Of a stretch of DNA of 20,000 nt, positions 7,153-16,635 are shown one piece after another (position 1 is the first letter of the stretch; each line of letters starts with the position of its first letter). This DNA comes from a bacterium UBP13_UBA5359 (GTDB taxonomy: Bacteria > UBP13 > UBA5359). Both the position numbers and the translations under genes were made by a program. The DNA is taken from the NCBI GenBank assembly GCA_002410925.1, contig DHPR01000015.1:51734-71733 (forward strand), written 5' to 3'. The notes beneath the pieces were generated by a model. It did no database searches, had not been told where the DNA came from, and saw only the letters and a program-made list of their open reading frames with translations.

Positions 7153-8436
7153 ATGAGAAGTATAAACATTGGTATACTCGGCCTGGGAACGGTAGGCTGT
7201 GGTACTGCTGAGTTGTTGCAGCGCAACGCTGAACTTATTTCCAGGAGAGTGGGCGCAGATATAAGGATCGCTGCCGTAGTCGATCGGGACTTGGAGCGCC
7301 CTCGACCGGTCTCCTTTCCTCCTGAAAGCATGACTACCGATGCTCGCCGGGTAATCGCTGATCCTGATATCGATATCATTGTAGAAGTTATCGGCGGTGT
7401 TCACCCTGCCCGTGAGTTCATTATCGAAGCATTGCAGCAGGGCAAAAATGTTGTTACGGCTAATAAAGAGCTTATTGCCAAGCATGGCTCTGAAATATTG
7501 GATGTTGCCGGCCGATATGGCCGCGATTTTCTCTTTGAGGCCAGCGTAGGCGGCGGCATTCCTATCATCGGACCGCTTAAGTCGTCCTTGATAGCTAACA
7601 GAATAGAAAAAATCCTTGGTATAGTTAATGGCACTACCAACTATATTCTGACCAGCATGAGCAGTGTGGGAAAGGATTTTGCCGATGTCTTGCGGGAAGC
7701 ACAGGCAATGGGATATGCCGAAGCCGATCCTACCAGCGATGTCGACGGCTATGATTCTGCTTACAAGCTGGCCATCCTTTCGGCCATAGCTTTCAATACT
7801 CGGATTAGGATAGAGGATATATATTGCGAGGGTATAAGAGGTATAAGCTCCAAAGATATAGCCTATGCCGCCGAACTGGGATACGTTATTAAATTGCTGG
7901 CTGTGGCACGCCCTTTCGATGGGCAGGTGGAGGCTAGAGTTCATCCGGCCATGCTTCCGGTAGATCATCCGCTGGCCTCCGTCAATGATGTCTTTAATGC
8001 CGTCTGGCTCAGAGGTGATGGTGTCGGCGATCTGATGTTTTACGGCAGAGGGGCCGGTTCATTGCCGACAGGCAGTGCTATTATCGGAGATGTGGTGGAA
8101 TCGGCACGCAATATCATTAACGGCGCCAGCGGACGCATCTCATGTACCTGCTTTGATAAATTGAATATACGGCCCATATCCGATATATCACTGAAATATT
8201 ATCTGCGCCTGCAGGTGGCCGATAAACCTGGTGTCCTGGCCTCTTTAGCCGGTGTACTAGGCGATCATACAGTCAGTATCTCCTCGGTTGTTCAGAAGAG
8301 TGGCGGTGATATGGCAGAGCTTGTTATTATTACCCATGAAGTGGAGGAGAAGAATGTGCAGGCCGCCATCGGCGTTTTGAGAGAGATGAATTACGTTAGT
8401 GAAGTAAGCAGTCTTATACGGTTAGAGGAGGAGTAA
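7153..8436 (+). CDS. hom: Homoserine dehydrogenase with C-terminal ACT domain
   Basis: Rossmann motif [54 protein letters not shown] domain [11 protein letters not shown]...ISSVVQ. RBS GGAGG at 7141-7145. Confidence 0.97.
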   Translation: MRSINIGILGLGTVGCGTAELLQRNAELISRRVGADIRIAAVVDRDLERPRPVSFPPESMTTDARRVIADPDIDIIVEVIGGVHPAREFIIEALQQGKNVVTANKELIAKHGSEILDVAGRYGRDFLFEASVGGGIPIIGPLKSSLIANRIEKILGIVNGTTNYILTSMSSVGKDFADVLREAQAMGYAEADPTSDVDGYDSAYKLAILSAIAFNTRIRIEDIYCEGIRGISSKDIAYAAELGYVIKLLAVARPFDGQVEARVHPAMLPVDHPLASVNDVFNAVWLRGDGVGDLMFYGRGAGSLPTGSAIIGDVVESARNIINGASGRISCTCFDKLNIRPISDISLKYYLRLQVADKPGVLASLAGVLGDHTVSISSVVQKSGGDMAELVIITHEVEEKNVQAAIGVLREMNYVSEVSSLIRLEEE

Positions 8437-8440
8437 GGTT

Positions 8441-9496
8441 ATGGCATGGAAGGGTTTGATCAGAGAATACGGAAAATATCTGCCGATAACCGATAAGACT
8501 CCCGTGATAACACTGCTCGAGGGTGGTACTCCTCTGGTGGAAGCGCCGAAGCTGGCACAGCGTGTTGGCAAGGATATAAAGCTTTATTTGAAGTACGATG
8601 GCTTGAACCCCACGGGATCGTTTAAGGATAGAGGCATGACTATGGCTATATCCAAGGCCATAGAGGAGGGTTCCAGAGCTGTGATGTGTGCCTCCACCGG
8701 CAATACCTCCGCATCTGCGGCCGCTTACAGTGCCCGGGCAGGCATTGATTGCGTAGTTCTTCTACCCAAAGGTGCTATTGCCATGGGCAAGCTGGCTCAG
8801 GCGCTGATGCACGGTGCCCGGGTTATAGCCATAGAGGGCAATTTTGACGATGCCCTGCGGCTGGTACGCGAAATTACCGATAAATATCCTGTGACCTTAG
8901 TCAACTCCATCAATCCATATAGAATAGAAGGGCAGAAAACGGCAGCCTTTGAGATTTGCGATACATTGGGCGATGCTCCTTTATACCATGCCATACCTGT
9001 CGGCAATGCCGGCAATATAACGGCGTACTGGAAAGGATATCGTGAATATTATCAGAGCGGCAAAGCAACACGGCTGCCTAAGATGATAGGTTTTCAAGCT
9101 GCCGGAGCAGCGCCCATAGTGGAAGGTCGTCCTGTTGAAAAACCGGAAACTATCGCTACGGCCATTCGTATAGGCAATCCCGCCAGTTGGAAGAGTGCTG
9201 AAGCTGCTCGCGATGATTCCGGCGGTCTTATAGATAAAGTTACAGATGAGGAAATACTGGAGGCTTATCGCAGCCTGGCTCAAGCGGAGGGTGTTTTTGC
9301 CGAACCCGGCTCGGCCGCTTCGGTGGCCGGAGTGCTGAAAATGGCTCGTCAGGGCTATTTCCCTGCCGGTTCTTCTATTGTCTGCACTCTTACCGGACAC
9401 GGTTTGAAAGATCCTGATTGTGCTATCAAGTCCATTGGCGAGCCTGCAACGGTGGACGCTACTCTGGAGGCTGTTCTGAAAGCCATAGGCTACTGA
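8441..9496 (+). CDS. thrC: Threonine synthase
   Basis: PLP-lysine motif [48 protein letters not shown]. Directly follows hom. Confidence 0.96.
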   Translation: MAWKGLIREYGKYLPITDKTPVITLLEGGTPLVEAPKLAQRVGKDIKLYLKYDGLNPTGSFKDRGMTMAISKAIEEGSRAVMCASTGNTSASAAAYSARAGIDCVVLLPKGAIAMGKLAQALMHGARVIAIEGNFDDALRLVREITDKYPVTLVNSINPYRIEGQKTAAFEICDTLGDAPLYHAIPVGNAGNITAYWKGYREYYQSGKATRLPKMIGFQAAGAAPIVEGRPVEKPETIATAIRIGNPASWKSAEAARDDSGGLIDKVTDEEILEAYRSLAQAEGVFAEPGSAASVAGVLKMARQGYFPAGSSIVCTLTGHGLKDPDCAIKSIGEPATVDATLEAVLKAIGY

Positions 9497-9513
9497 GGCC
9501 GGGAAGGTTATTA

Positions 9514-10722
9514 ATGAGAAAGCTGAAACCGATAGCTGCCGCGCAGCGATATATAATAATCGTCGGAGATGGCATGGCCGATCACCCGGTATCTGAACTG
9601 GGCGGCAGAACGCCGCTTGAAGTTGCTGCAACTCCCTGCATGGATCTAATGGCGGCAGAAGGGTGTTGCGGGCTGGTTCAGACTGTGCCGGCAGGTATGC
9701 CGCCAGGTAGTGATGTGGCCAACCTCTCTCTTATGGGATATGATCCCGCCGCAGCCTATACCGGCCGTGGCCCGCTGGAAGCAGCAGCACTGGGGGTTGC
9801 TCTTGGCCCGGAGGATTATGCTTATCGTTGCAACCTGGTGACGCTGACCGACGGCATGCTTGAGGATTACAGCGCCGATCATATAGACAGCGCCACTGCA
9901 GGAGAGCTAATCGATCTTCTGCAGAAGAAAGAGAGCTCCAAAGAGATATCCTTGCATAAGGGAACGGCATATCGTCATCTGCTGACATGGCGCAACGGCA
10001 AGGCATTGCAAACAGTCCCTCCTCATGATATACAGGGGCGCCCCTTTGCGGATTATCTGCCACAGGGCGATGGGGCCGATATTATTATACATCTGATGAA
10101 GCGTTCCCGCGAAATACTGGCGGCTTCCGATATCAACCGCCGGCGTGCGGCTGCAGGATTGAAGCCCGCCAATTCCATCTGGCCATGGGGCGGCGGAAAG
10201 GCACCGGCCATTGCCCCGTTTGCAAGGAAATACGGCTTAAGCGGGGCAGTGATAACGGCGGTGGATCTTATTCGCGGGCTGGGCATATACGCCGGTATGC
10301 GTATCGTAGAAGTGCCCGGCGTCACCGGTTATATAGATACGGATTATGCGGCCAAAGCGGATTATGCCCTGGCTGCATTGGATGAGGCGGGCTTTGTCTT
10401 TTTACACGTAGAAGCTCCGGACGAAGCAGCGCATGCCGGCTTGCTCAGAGAAAAGATAGGGGCTATAGAGAATATCGATAGTCAGATACTGGCACCTCTT
10501 ATTGACCGTGTTGGCAAGGAGGGAGCATTACGCCTCATGCTGCTGCCCGATCACGCTACGCCCATGGATATACGAACGCACTCATCGGAGCCTGTGCCCT
10601 TTGCTATATTCCCCGCTTCCGAAAAGGGCGGAAGTATCTATACTGAGAAAGCCGCCGCTGCCGGTCCGTTAATCAAATCCGGGGCAGAATTGCTTGATCT
10701 ATTTCTATCCCGAAGGGCTTGA
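9514..10722 (+). CDS. ApgM-like alkaline-phosphatase-superfamily metalloenzyme (cofactor-independent PGM family; candidate alternative homoserine kinase, TIGR02535-like)
   Basis: GDGMAD, TPLEVAATP, Ser nucleophile PGSDVAN, GRGPLEAA, HVEAPDEAAH, PDHATP, HSSEPVP. Start placed at the in-frame ATG 9514, after the thrC stop, rather than at 9418. Confidence 0.88.
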   Translation: MRKLKPIAAAQRYIIIVGDGMADHPVSELGGRTPLEVAATPCMDLMAAEGCCGLVQTVPAGMPPGSDVANLSLMGYDPAAAYTGRGPLEAAALGVALGPEDYAYRCNLVTLTDGMLEDYSADHIDSATAGELIDLLQKKESSKEISLHKGTAYRHLLTWRNGKALQTVPPHDIQGRPFADYLPQGDGADIIIHLMKRSREILAASDINRRRAAAGLKPANSIWPWGGGKAPAIAPFARKYGLSGAVITAVDLIRGLGIYAGMRIVEVPGVTGYIDTDYAAKADYALAALDEAGFVFLHVEAPDEAAHAGLLREKIGAIENIDSQILAPLIDRVGKEGALRLMLLPDHATPMDIRTHSSEPVPFAIFPASEKGGSIYTEKAAAAGPLIKSGAELLDLFLSRRA

Positions 10723-10725
10723 CAA

Positions 10726-12132
10726 TTGCTGTTGCATATCGTTAAAAATCTTATAAAGCGGCAGGAGCTGATCAGTGTTGGGGATAGGGTTGTGGTCGCT
10801 GTTTCCGGCGGCCCGGATTCCGTTGTTCTGTTGCATCTTCTGGACCGCCTTCGCTGTGATATTAATTTCTCTATTCATGTAGCTCATCTGGATCATATGT
10901 TCAGGGGAGAGCAGTCACGCCAGGATGCTGAATTTGTTTGTCGGCTGGCAGCGAGCATGGGGCTGGACCATACCGTCAAAGCAATCGATGTGCCGGGTTT
11001 TCGGGGGCGTGAAAAGATCTCCTCCGCTCAGGAGGCTGCTAGAATAGTTCGTTATGCCTTTTTGAAAAAGACGGCTGAGCGTGTCGGGGCAAACAGCATA
11101 GCTGTAGCTCACAATGCTGATGACCAAGCAGAGACTGTGCTGCAAAACTTTATTCGCGGTGCAGGAGCGGAAGGATTGCGCGGTATGGCGTATAAAAGCG
11201 GCATGATCATACGGCCGCTTTTGGATGTTCCGCGTTCGGAAATAGAAAAATATTCTGCTTTGCAAGATCTGACATTTCGGATGGATGCATCCAATGAGAG
11301 TATGTACTATACCAGAAATCGCATCAGACACTGCCTTCTGCCTGTGCTGGAGAGCTTCAATCCTGCTATCCGGGAGGCAATTCACAAGGCATCGCACCTC
11401 CTGGCTGTCGATGATGATTATCTGGATGCTCTGGCATTGAAGGCTTATGATAAATTGCAGAACGTCAATAAGGAGGCCGTGTCATTTTCGGACAAGGCTC
11501 TTGCCGGGTTGCACTCCTCCCTGCGTCGCCGCGTATTGAGATTGGCTATACAACGTATCAAGGGTGATCTGCGTGATATTACTCTGGCGCATATGGAGGC
11601 TGTGGAGGCGCTGCTGGAGAAGAATGTCGGATCAGCGGTAGATTTGCCCGGATTGACGGTTTACAGAGATTACGGTCGTCTGGTAGTGGGATTTCAACCT
11701 GCTGAGCCCTTTGTAAGAGAGGGCGAGCAGGTGGCTCTGCTTCAGGTTCCCGGAGAGAATATACTGCCGCAATTTGGAATAAAGATAGAGATTACCAGAC
11801 TCTCTTCAGCGGAGGCGATAAAGATAAAGCCCGGCCGCTGGCAACTGGCAATCGATACCGCCGTTTTGCCCGGCCCGCTGGCCGTTCGCTTTCGTCGTCC
11901 GGGAGACCGTATTCAACCAACAGGCATGTCCGGCACCAAGAAGCTGCAGGATATATTTGTCGATGCCAAGGTGCCGCGCTGGCAGCGAGAAGAGGTGCCG
12001 TTGCTGACAGCCGGAGATGAGATTCTCTGGATAATAGGGTATCGTGCCGACAAGCGCTGGCTGGTTCGGCATGATACGGAGCAAAGCATACTTCTGAAAG
12101 CAGAGCCTTTAATGTCCGGCAGAGCCCTGTAA
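10726..12132 (+). CDS. tilS: tRNA(Ile)-lysidine synthase
   Basis: PP-loop VAVSGGPDS, HLDHMFRG, ARIVRY, AHNADDQAET, IRPLL, D.SN...YTRNRIRH. C-terminal TilS_C (RFRRPGDR...KKLQDIFVDAKVP). TTG start. Confidence 0.96.
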   Translation: MLLHIVKNLIKRQELISVGDRVVVAVSGGPDSVVLLHLLDRLRCDINFSIHVAHLDHMFRGEQSRQDAEFVCRLAASMGLDHTVKAIDVPGFRGREKISSAQEAARIVRYAFLKKTAERVGANSIAVAHNADDQAETVLQNFIRGAGAEGLRGMAYKSGMIIRPLLDVPRSEIEKYSALQDLTFRMDASNESMYYTRNRIRHCLLPVLESFNPAIREAIHKASHLLAVDDDYLDALALKAYDKLQNVNKEAVSFSDKALAGLHSSLRRRVLRLAIQRIKGDLRDITLAHMEAVEALLEKNVGSAVDLPGLTVYRDYGRLVVGFQPAEPFVREGEQVALLQVPGENILPQFGIKIEITRLSSAEAIKIKPGRWQLAIDTAVLPGPLAVRFRRPGDRIQPTGMSGTKKLQDIFVDAKVPRWQREEVPLLTAGDEILWIIGYRADKRWLVRHDTEQSILLKAEPLMSGRAL

Positions 12133-12159
12133 TGCGGTTCTGCCGACAGCTTATGTTTA

Positions 12160-12188
12160 TTGTTTGGCCATATTTAGTATGCTATAAT
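12160..12188 (+). promoter_or_regulatory. SigA-type promoter for ftsH (extended -10)
   Basis: TTGTTT (12160-12165), 17-bp spacer, TGcTATAAT (12180-12188). Confidence 0.65.
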
Positions 12189-12228
12189 GTTCCGGTGATT
12201 TTACTGGTTAAATGATGGAGGATATCAG

Positions 12229-14103
12229 TTGAAGATCGATACAAAGAAATTAGCGCTCTTTTCGCTTGTTGCGGCGTTGCTTTTGCTCTTTGTTGCAAAC
12301 TTTCGAGCTGCCAGGAAGCAAGAGAATAATATAACCTATACGCAGTTTATGACCAGCGTAAGCGAAAAGAAGGTCGATAAGGTAAAAATTATCGATGATG
12401 AAATACGCGGCGTTACCAAAGACGGCAAGCAATTTATTGCTATTATGCCTTTTGAGGACAGCAGGTTGCCGCAAATGCTGCAACAGCATGGAGTCAGCGT
12501 CGAGGGTGGAAGGCATCAAACCGGCTGGTGGGAGACACCGCTCTTCCAGATGATATTGTTTGCCGGTATTTTTGCCGTCTTATGGCTCTTTATTATCAAG
12601 CAGGCACAAAGTTCCAACTCTCAAGCTATGATGTTTGGGCGCAGCCGTGCCAAGATGTTATCGGAAAACTGGGAGAAGGTAATCTTTGATGATGTGGCCG
12701 GCGTCGACGAGGCTAAGCAGGAATTGCAAGAGGTAGTGGAGTTCCTTAAGGACAGGAAGAAATTCCAGGTGCTTGGAGCTAAAATACCCAAAGGTGTTCT
12801 GCTGCTCGGCCCTCCCGGATCAGGAAAAACATTGCTCTCTCGGGCTATAGCAGGAGAGGCGGAAGTGCCGTTTTTTTATATAAGCGGTTCAGATTTCGTC
12901 GAGATGTTTGTCGGTGTAGGAGCGTCACGAGTCAGAGATCTCTTCGCTCAGGCGAAGGAGAATGCTCCCTGTATCATCTTTATAGATGAGATAGATGCCG
13001 TAGGCCGCCAGCGAGGAACCGGTCTGGGCGGCGGCCACGATGAGAGGGAGCAGACGCTTAACCAGCTTCTGGTAGAGATGGATGGCTTTGATCCCAACCT
13101 GGGAGTTGTGCTGGTGGCTGCCACTAACAGGCCGGATGTTCTGGATCCTGCGTTGCTGCGCCCGGGGCGTTTTGACAGAAGAGTGGTTGTTGATAATCCT
13201 GATGTCGTCGGACGGCATGGTATTCTCAAAGTGCATATTAAGGGTAAGCCGATGGCTGAGGATGTTGATCTGGAGGTTCTGGCACGGCGGACTCCGGGGT
13301 TTTCCGGAGCGGATCTGGCTAATTTAGTGAATGAGGCTGCTCTGTTAGCTGCCAAGCGCAACAGAACAAATATATCGATGGCTGAATTCGAAGCTTCCAT
13401 CGATAAGCTTATTGCCGGCCCAGAGCGCAAAAGCAGGGTCATCAATGATCGTGAAAAGGAGATTATAGCCTTTCACGAGGCCGGGCATGCCCTGGTAGCC
13501 AGGAGAATGCCCACCGCCGATCCGGTGCATAAGATTTCTATTTTGCCGCGTGGCATGGCTCTGGGGTATACTATGCAATTGCCTACGGAGGATACGTATC
13601 TCACCGCCAAATCTTATCTTAAGGATCAGATTGCCATTCTTCTGGCGGGGCGGGTGTCTGAAGAGCAGCGTTTCAACGATATAACTACCGGTGCTCAAAA
13701 TGATTTGGAGAGGGCGACGGAGATTGCCAGACGAATGGTCTGTACCTTCGGTATGAGCGAGGAGCTCGGACCTGTAACCTTTGGTCGTAAGCAGGGTCAG
13801 GTATTTCTGGGGCGCGATCTGGTAGAGGAACGCAATTACAGCGATGAAATTGCCAGAAAAATAGATGCTGAGATAAAGCGTTTGCTGCTTGAAGGATATG
13901 AGCGTGCCGGCAAGATTCTGGAAGAGGAGAAGGATCTTCTGCATCTGATATCGGCTCAGCTTCTGGAAAAGGAGACGCTGGAGGGCGATCTGCTGGAAGA
14001 GTTGCTTGAAGGGCGTTATGCAGGGGTGGCTGTCAGCGATGATACCGATGCGGTAGAGAAAGACGCTGTCGGCGGCGAAGCTGTGCAGGAAGGCAGCAAT
14101 TAA
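12229..14103 (+). CDS. ftsH: ATP-dependent zinc metalloprotease FtsH
   Basis: Two N-terminal TM segments, Walker A GPPGSGKT, pore loop MFVG, Walker [31 protein letters not shown], zinc motif HEAGH. TTG start with RBS GGAGG. Confidence 0.98.
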   Translation: MKIDTKKLALFSLVAALLLLFVANFRAARKQENNITYTQFMTSVSEKKVDKVKIIDDEIRGVTKDGKQFIAIMPFEDSRLPQMLQQHGVSVEGGRHQTGWWETPLFQMILFAGIFAVLWLFIIKQAQSSNSQAMMFGRSRAKMLSENWEKVIFDDVAGVDEAKQELQEVVEFLKDRKKFQVLGAKIPKGVLLLGPPGSGKTLLSRAIAGEAEVPFFYISGSDFVEMFVGVGASRVRDLFAQAKENAPCIIFIDEIDAVGRQRGTGLGGGHDEREQTLNQLLVEMDGFDPNLGVVLVAATNRPDVLDPALLRPGRFDRRVVVDNPDVVGRHGILKVHIKGKPMAEDVDLEVLARRTPGFSGADLANLVNEAALLAAKRNRTNISMAEFEASIDKLIAGPERKSRVINDREKEIIAFHEAGHALVARRMPTADPVHKISILPRGMALGYTMQLPTEDTYLTAKSYLKDQIAILLAGRVSEEQRFNDITTGAQNDLERATEIARRMVCTFGMSEELGPVTFGRKQGQVFLGRDLVEERNYSDEIARKIDAEIKRLLLEGYERAGKILEEEKDLLHLISAQLLEKETLEGDLLEELLEGRYAGVAVSDDTDAVEKDAVGGEAVQEGSN

Positions 14104-14108
14104 GATAG

Positions 14109-14147
14109 AACGCCTCAAGGCGTAATCACGCCTTGAGGCGTTTTTTT
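14109..14147 (+). terminator. Strong intrinsic terminator after ftsH
   Basis: Perfect 15-bp stem AACGCCTCAAGGCGT-AATC-ACGCCTTGAGGCGTT, with a T7 run at 14141-14147. Confidence 0.9.
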
Positions 14148-14197
14148 GCGCTTGAAGCAGGCGGTTGCAGCCTGCATAAAGCAAGGAGAGGATCCTG

Positions 14198-15106
14198 TTG
14201 AAGAAGCTGGTGGAATGCATTCCTAATTTCAGTGAGGGGCGTTCCCTCGAGGTTGTGAAAAGGCTTGTCGATATCGTCAGATCCGGCGGCGTAGAGCTAC
14301 TCGATTATTCATCAGACCCGGATCATAACCGTACTGTTATAACCTATGCCGGCGATATGAAAGATGTTGTTGAGACAGCCTTCAAGCTGGCTCGGCAGGC
14401 GATGGCGGAGATAGATATATGCTTTCACAGCGGTGTCCATCCTCGCATCGGTGCGTTGGATGTTTTGCCCTTGGTGCCGCTGGGGAACACTACTCTTGAC
14501 GATTGCATATCGGCAGTGCGCAAACTTGGCAAACGGCTGGGAAAAGAATTGCAATTGCCCGTATACTACTACGGCTGTGCCGCCAGGGATGCTTCGCGTG
14601 CCAGGCTTTCCGATTTAAGGCGAGGTGGCTTGGAGGGGCTGAAAGAACGTATGCTGCATAATCCGGACTGGCGTCCGGATGAAGGCCCCGAGTATCTTCA
14701 CCCCACAGCCGGTGCTGCGGCACTGGGTGTCAGAAAACCGTTGATTGCTTATAACGTCAATCTGCTGTCCGATGATTTGAAAGCAGCGCAACGCATTGCA
14801 GCTCATATCAGAGAGAGCGGCGGAGGATTGCATGGTGTCGATGCTCTGGGCGTAAGGCTGGCTGAGGCCGGTATGGTTCAGGTCACGGTGAATTTGCGTG
14901 ACGCAGGGCTCACCTCTTTGGATATGATTTATGATGCTATCTGTGCCGCCGCAGACGAAGAGGGCATAAGGGTCGACGGCGGTGAGCTCGTTGGAATGGT
15001 TCCGTTAGATGAGGTAATGCGTATATTCGGCCGGGCTACCGGTCTGCCCGGCATTGGCCCGGAACGCGTATTGGAGTGGAAACTGAAAGAACGAGTCGGG
15101 TTTTAA
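14198..15106 (+). CDS. ftcD: Glutamate formiminotransferase (FT domain only, no cyclodeaminase)
   Basis: LVECIPNFSEGR, SDPDHNRTV, HSGVHPRIGALDVLP, HPTAGA, RKPLIAYNVNL, ELVGMVP. 302 aa, TTG start with RBS AAGGAG. Confidence 0.92.
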   Translation: MKKLVECIPNFSEGRSLEVVKRLVDIVRSGGVELLDYSSDPDHNRTVITYAGDMKDVVETAFKLARQAMAEIDICFHSGVHPRIGALDVLPLVPLGNTTLDDCISAVRKLGKRLGKELQLPVYYYGCAARDASRARLSDLRRGGLEGLKERMLHNPDWRPDEGPEYLHPTAGAAALGVRKPLIAYNVNLLSDDLKAAQRIAAHIRESGGGLHGVDALGVRLAEAGMVQVTVNLRDAGLTSLDMIYDAICAAADEEGIRVDGGELVGMVPLDEVMRIFGRATGLPGIGPERVLEWKLKERVGF

Positions 15107-15137
15107 CGTCCGATGATCGTCAGATCGATGGAGAACA

Positions 15138-15163
15138 AGGGTTTTAAAATATTTGAAGAGAAT
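15138..15163 (+). promoter_or_regulatory. Candidate SigH-type promoter upstream of trpB2
   Basis: AGGG(TTTT) at 15138-15141, 18-bp AT-rich spacer, (AGA)GAAT at 15160-15163. This matches the AGGA/AGGG-N17/18-GAAT SigH consensus. Confidence 0.4.
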
Positions 15164-15191
15164 ATATTAGTGATCAGAAAGGAGTGCTACG

Positions 15192-16544
15192 ATGGAAATA
15201 AGAAAATTCGAACTTCCCCAGAATGAGATGCCGGGTAGTTGGTATAATGTAGCGGCCGATCTGCCGGCGCCGATGCAACCCTCACTGCATCCAGGCACAC
15301 ATCAGCCCCTGGGTCCGGAGGACCTGGCGCCGATATTTCCAATGGAGCTTATTGAGCAGGAGGTCAGCACAGAGAGATGGATAGATATACCGGGCGCGGT
15401 TATGGATGCCTATAGCCTCTGGCGGCCTACGCCTCTCTTTCGTGCCATAAACCTGGAGAAACGTCTTAAAACACCGGCCAAGATATTTTTTAAATATGAA
15501 GGCACCAGTCCGGCGGGCAGCCATAAACCCAATACTGCCGTGGCGCAGGCATACTACAACAAGAAAGCCGGTGTAAAGAGAATTACGACAGAGACGGGTG
15601 CCGGGCAATGGGGATGTGCGCTATCCTTTGCATGTAATACCTTCGGTCTGGATTGTAAAGTATTTATGGTAAAAGTAAGTTATAATCAGAAGCCTTACCG
15701 CAAGTTTATGATGCAGCTCTGGGGAAGCGAGGTTATACCGAGCCCCAGCAATATGACAGAATCAGGCCGCCGTATACTGGATAAAGACCCTATGAGCAAT
15801 GGCAGCCTCGGTGTGGCTATCAGTGAAGCGGTGGAGGAAGCCGTTAAGGACAAACATACCAAATATGCGCTGGGAAGTGTCTTGAATCATGTATTGCTTC
15901 ATCAAACCATCATAGGGCTTGAGGCTAAAAAGCAGATGGAGATGGCCGGAGCATACCCCGATATCCTCATCGGCTGCGCCGGCGGAGGCAGTAATTTTGG
16001 CGGGCTGGTCTTTCCATTTGTTCCCGATAAAATGGCCGGCAAAGATATCAGGATAGTGGCCGTAGAGCCGGCAGCCTGTCCTACGCTGACCAGAGGCTTC
16101 TATCGCTATGACTTTGGCGATGTGGCTAGTCTTACTCCGCTGATGAAGATGTATACTCTGGGACATTCCTTTATGCCTCCCGGAATACATGCCGGCGGAT
16201 TGCGTTATCATGGAATGTCTCCGCTGGTAAGCCTGCTTTACGAGCACAAAGTGATGGAAGCCATATCCTATCCGCAGCTTCCGGTGTTTGAGGCGGCAAT
16301 TCTCTTTGCCAATGAAGAGGGGATCGTCCCGGCTCCTGAATCGTCGCATGCCATTAAGGCGGCAATAGATGAGGCAGTGGCTTGCAGGGAGAGTGGACAG
16401 GGCAAGAACATTCTTTTCAATCTTAGTGGAAATGGCCAGCTGGATTTGGCCTCGTACGATGCTTATCTGTCCGGTAAGTTAGAGGATTATGAGTATCCGC
16501 AGGAAGCGATAGATGCTGCCATGTGCGAGGTTCCGGTTATTTGA
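15192..16544 (+). CDS. trpB2: TrpB2 (TrpB-like PLP enzyme, stand-alone tryptophan synthase beta type 2)
   Basis: [21 protein letters not shown]-lysine [58 protein letters not shown]. 450 aa, no adjacent trpA. RBS AAGGAG. Confidence 0.95.
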   Translation: MEIRKFELPQNEMPGSWYNVAADLPAPMQPSLHPGTHQPLGPEDLAPIFPMELIEQEVSTERWIDIPGAVMDAYSLWRPTPLFRAINLEKRLKTPAKIFFKYEGTSPAGSHKPNTAVAQAYYNKKAGVKRITTETGAGQWGCALSFACNTFGLDCKVFMVKVSYNQKPYRKFMMQLWGSEVIPSPSNMTESGRRILDKDPMSNGSLGVAISEAVEEAVKDKHTKYALGSVLNHVLLHQTIIGLEAKKQMEMAGAYPDILIGCAGGGSNFGGLVFPFVPDKMAGKDIRIVAVEPAACPTLTRGFYRYDFGDVASLTPLMKMYTLGHSFMPPGIHAGGLRYHGMSPLVSLLYEHKVMEAISYPQLPVFEAAILFANEEGIVPAPESSHAIKAAIDEAVACRESGQGKNILFNLSGNGQLDLASYDAYLSGKLEDYEYPQEAIDAAMCEVPVI

Positions 16545-16635
16545 GAGAGCACCTGAAATGCTGAGAGAGTCGTGGAGCACGGAGTAATTTCTTTGAAAAC
16601 TAGAGTTTCTTTGTAAGCCGGAAGGTTGATAATTG

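Noticed and set aside
7093..7968. 291-aa minus-strand ORF
   Set aside because: It lies antisense to hom, has no recognisable motifs, and is best explained as a shadow frame.
9418..9513. Upstream ATG starts given by the track for the ApgM-like gene (9418), nnr (4811) and sigH (17941)
   Set aside because: The extensions overlap upstream genes or the leader, lack an RBS and have no family similarity. The downstream starts fit better.
13345..14220. 291-aa minus-strand ORF
   Set aside because: It is antisense to ftsH and crosses its terminator, with no protein-like features. The other short overlapping ORFs in the track were rejected for the same reason.
16545..16632. Riboswitch or terminator between trpB2 and slt (GAGAGAG twice; TTTCTTTG twice)
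   Set aside because: Short low-complexity repeats only. There is no glycine-riboswitch core and no stable stem with a U-tail.
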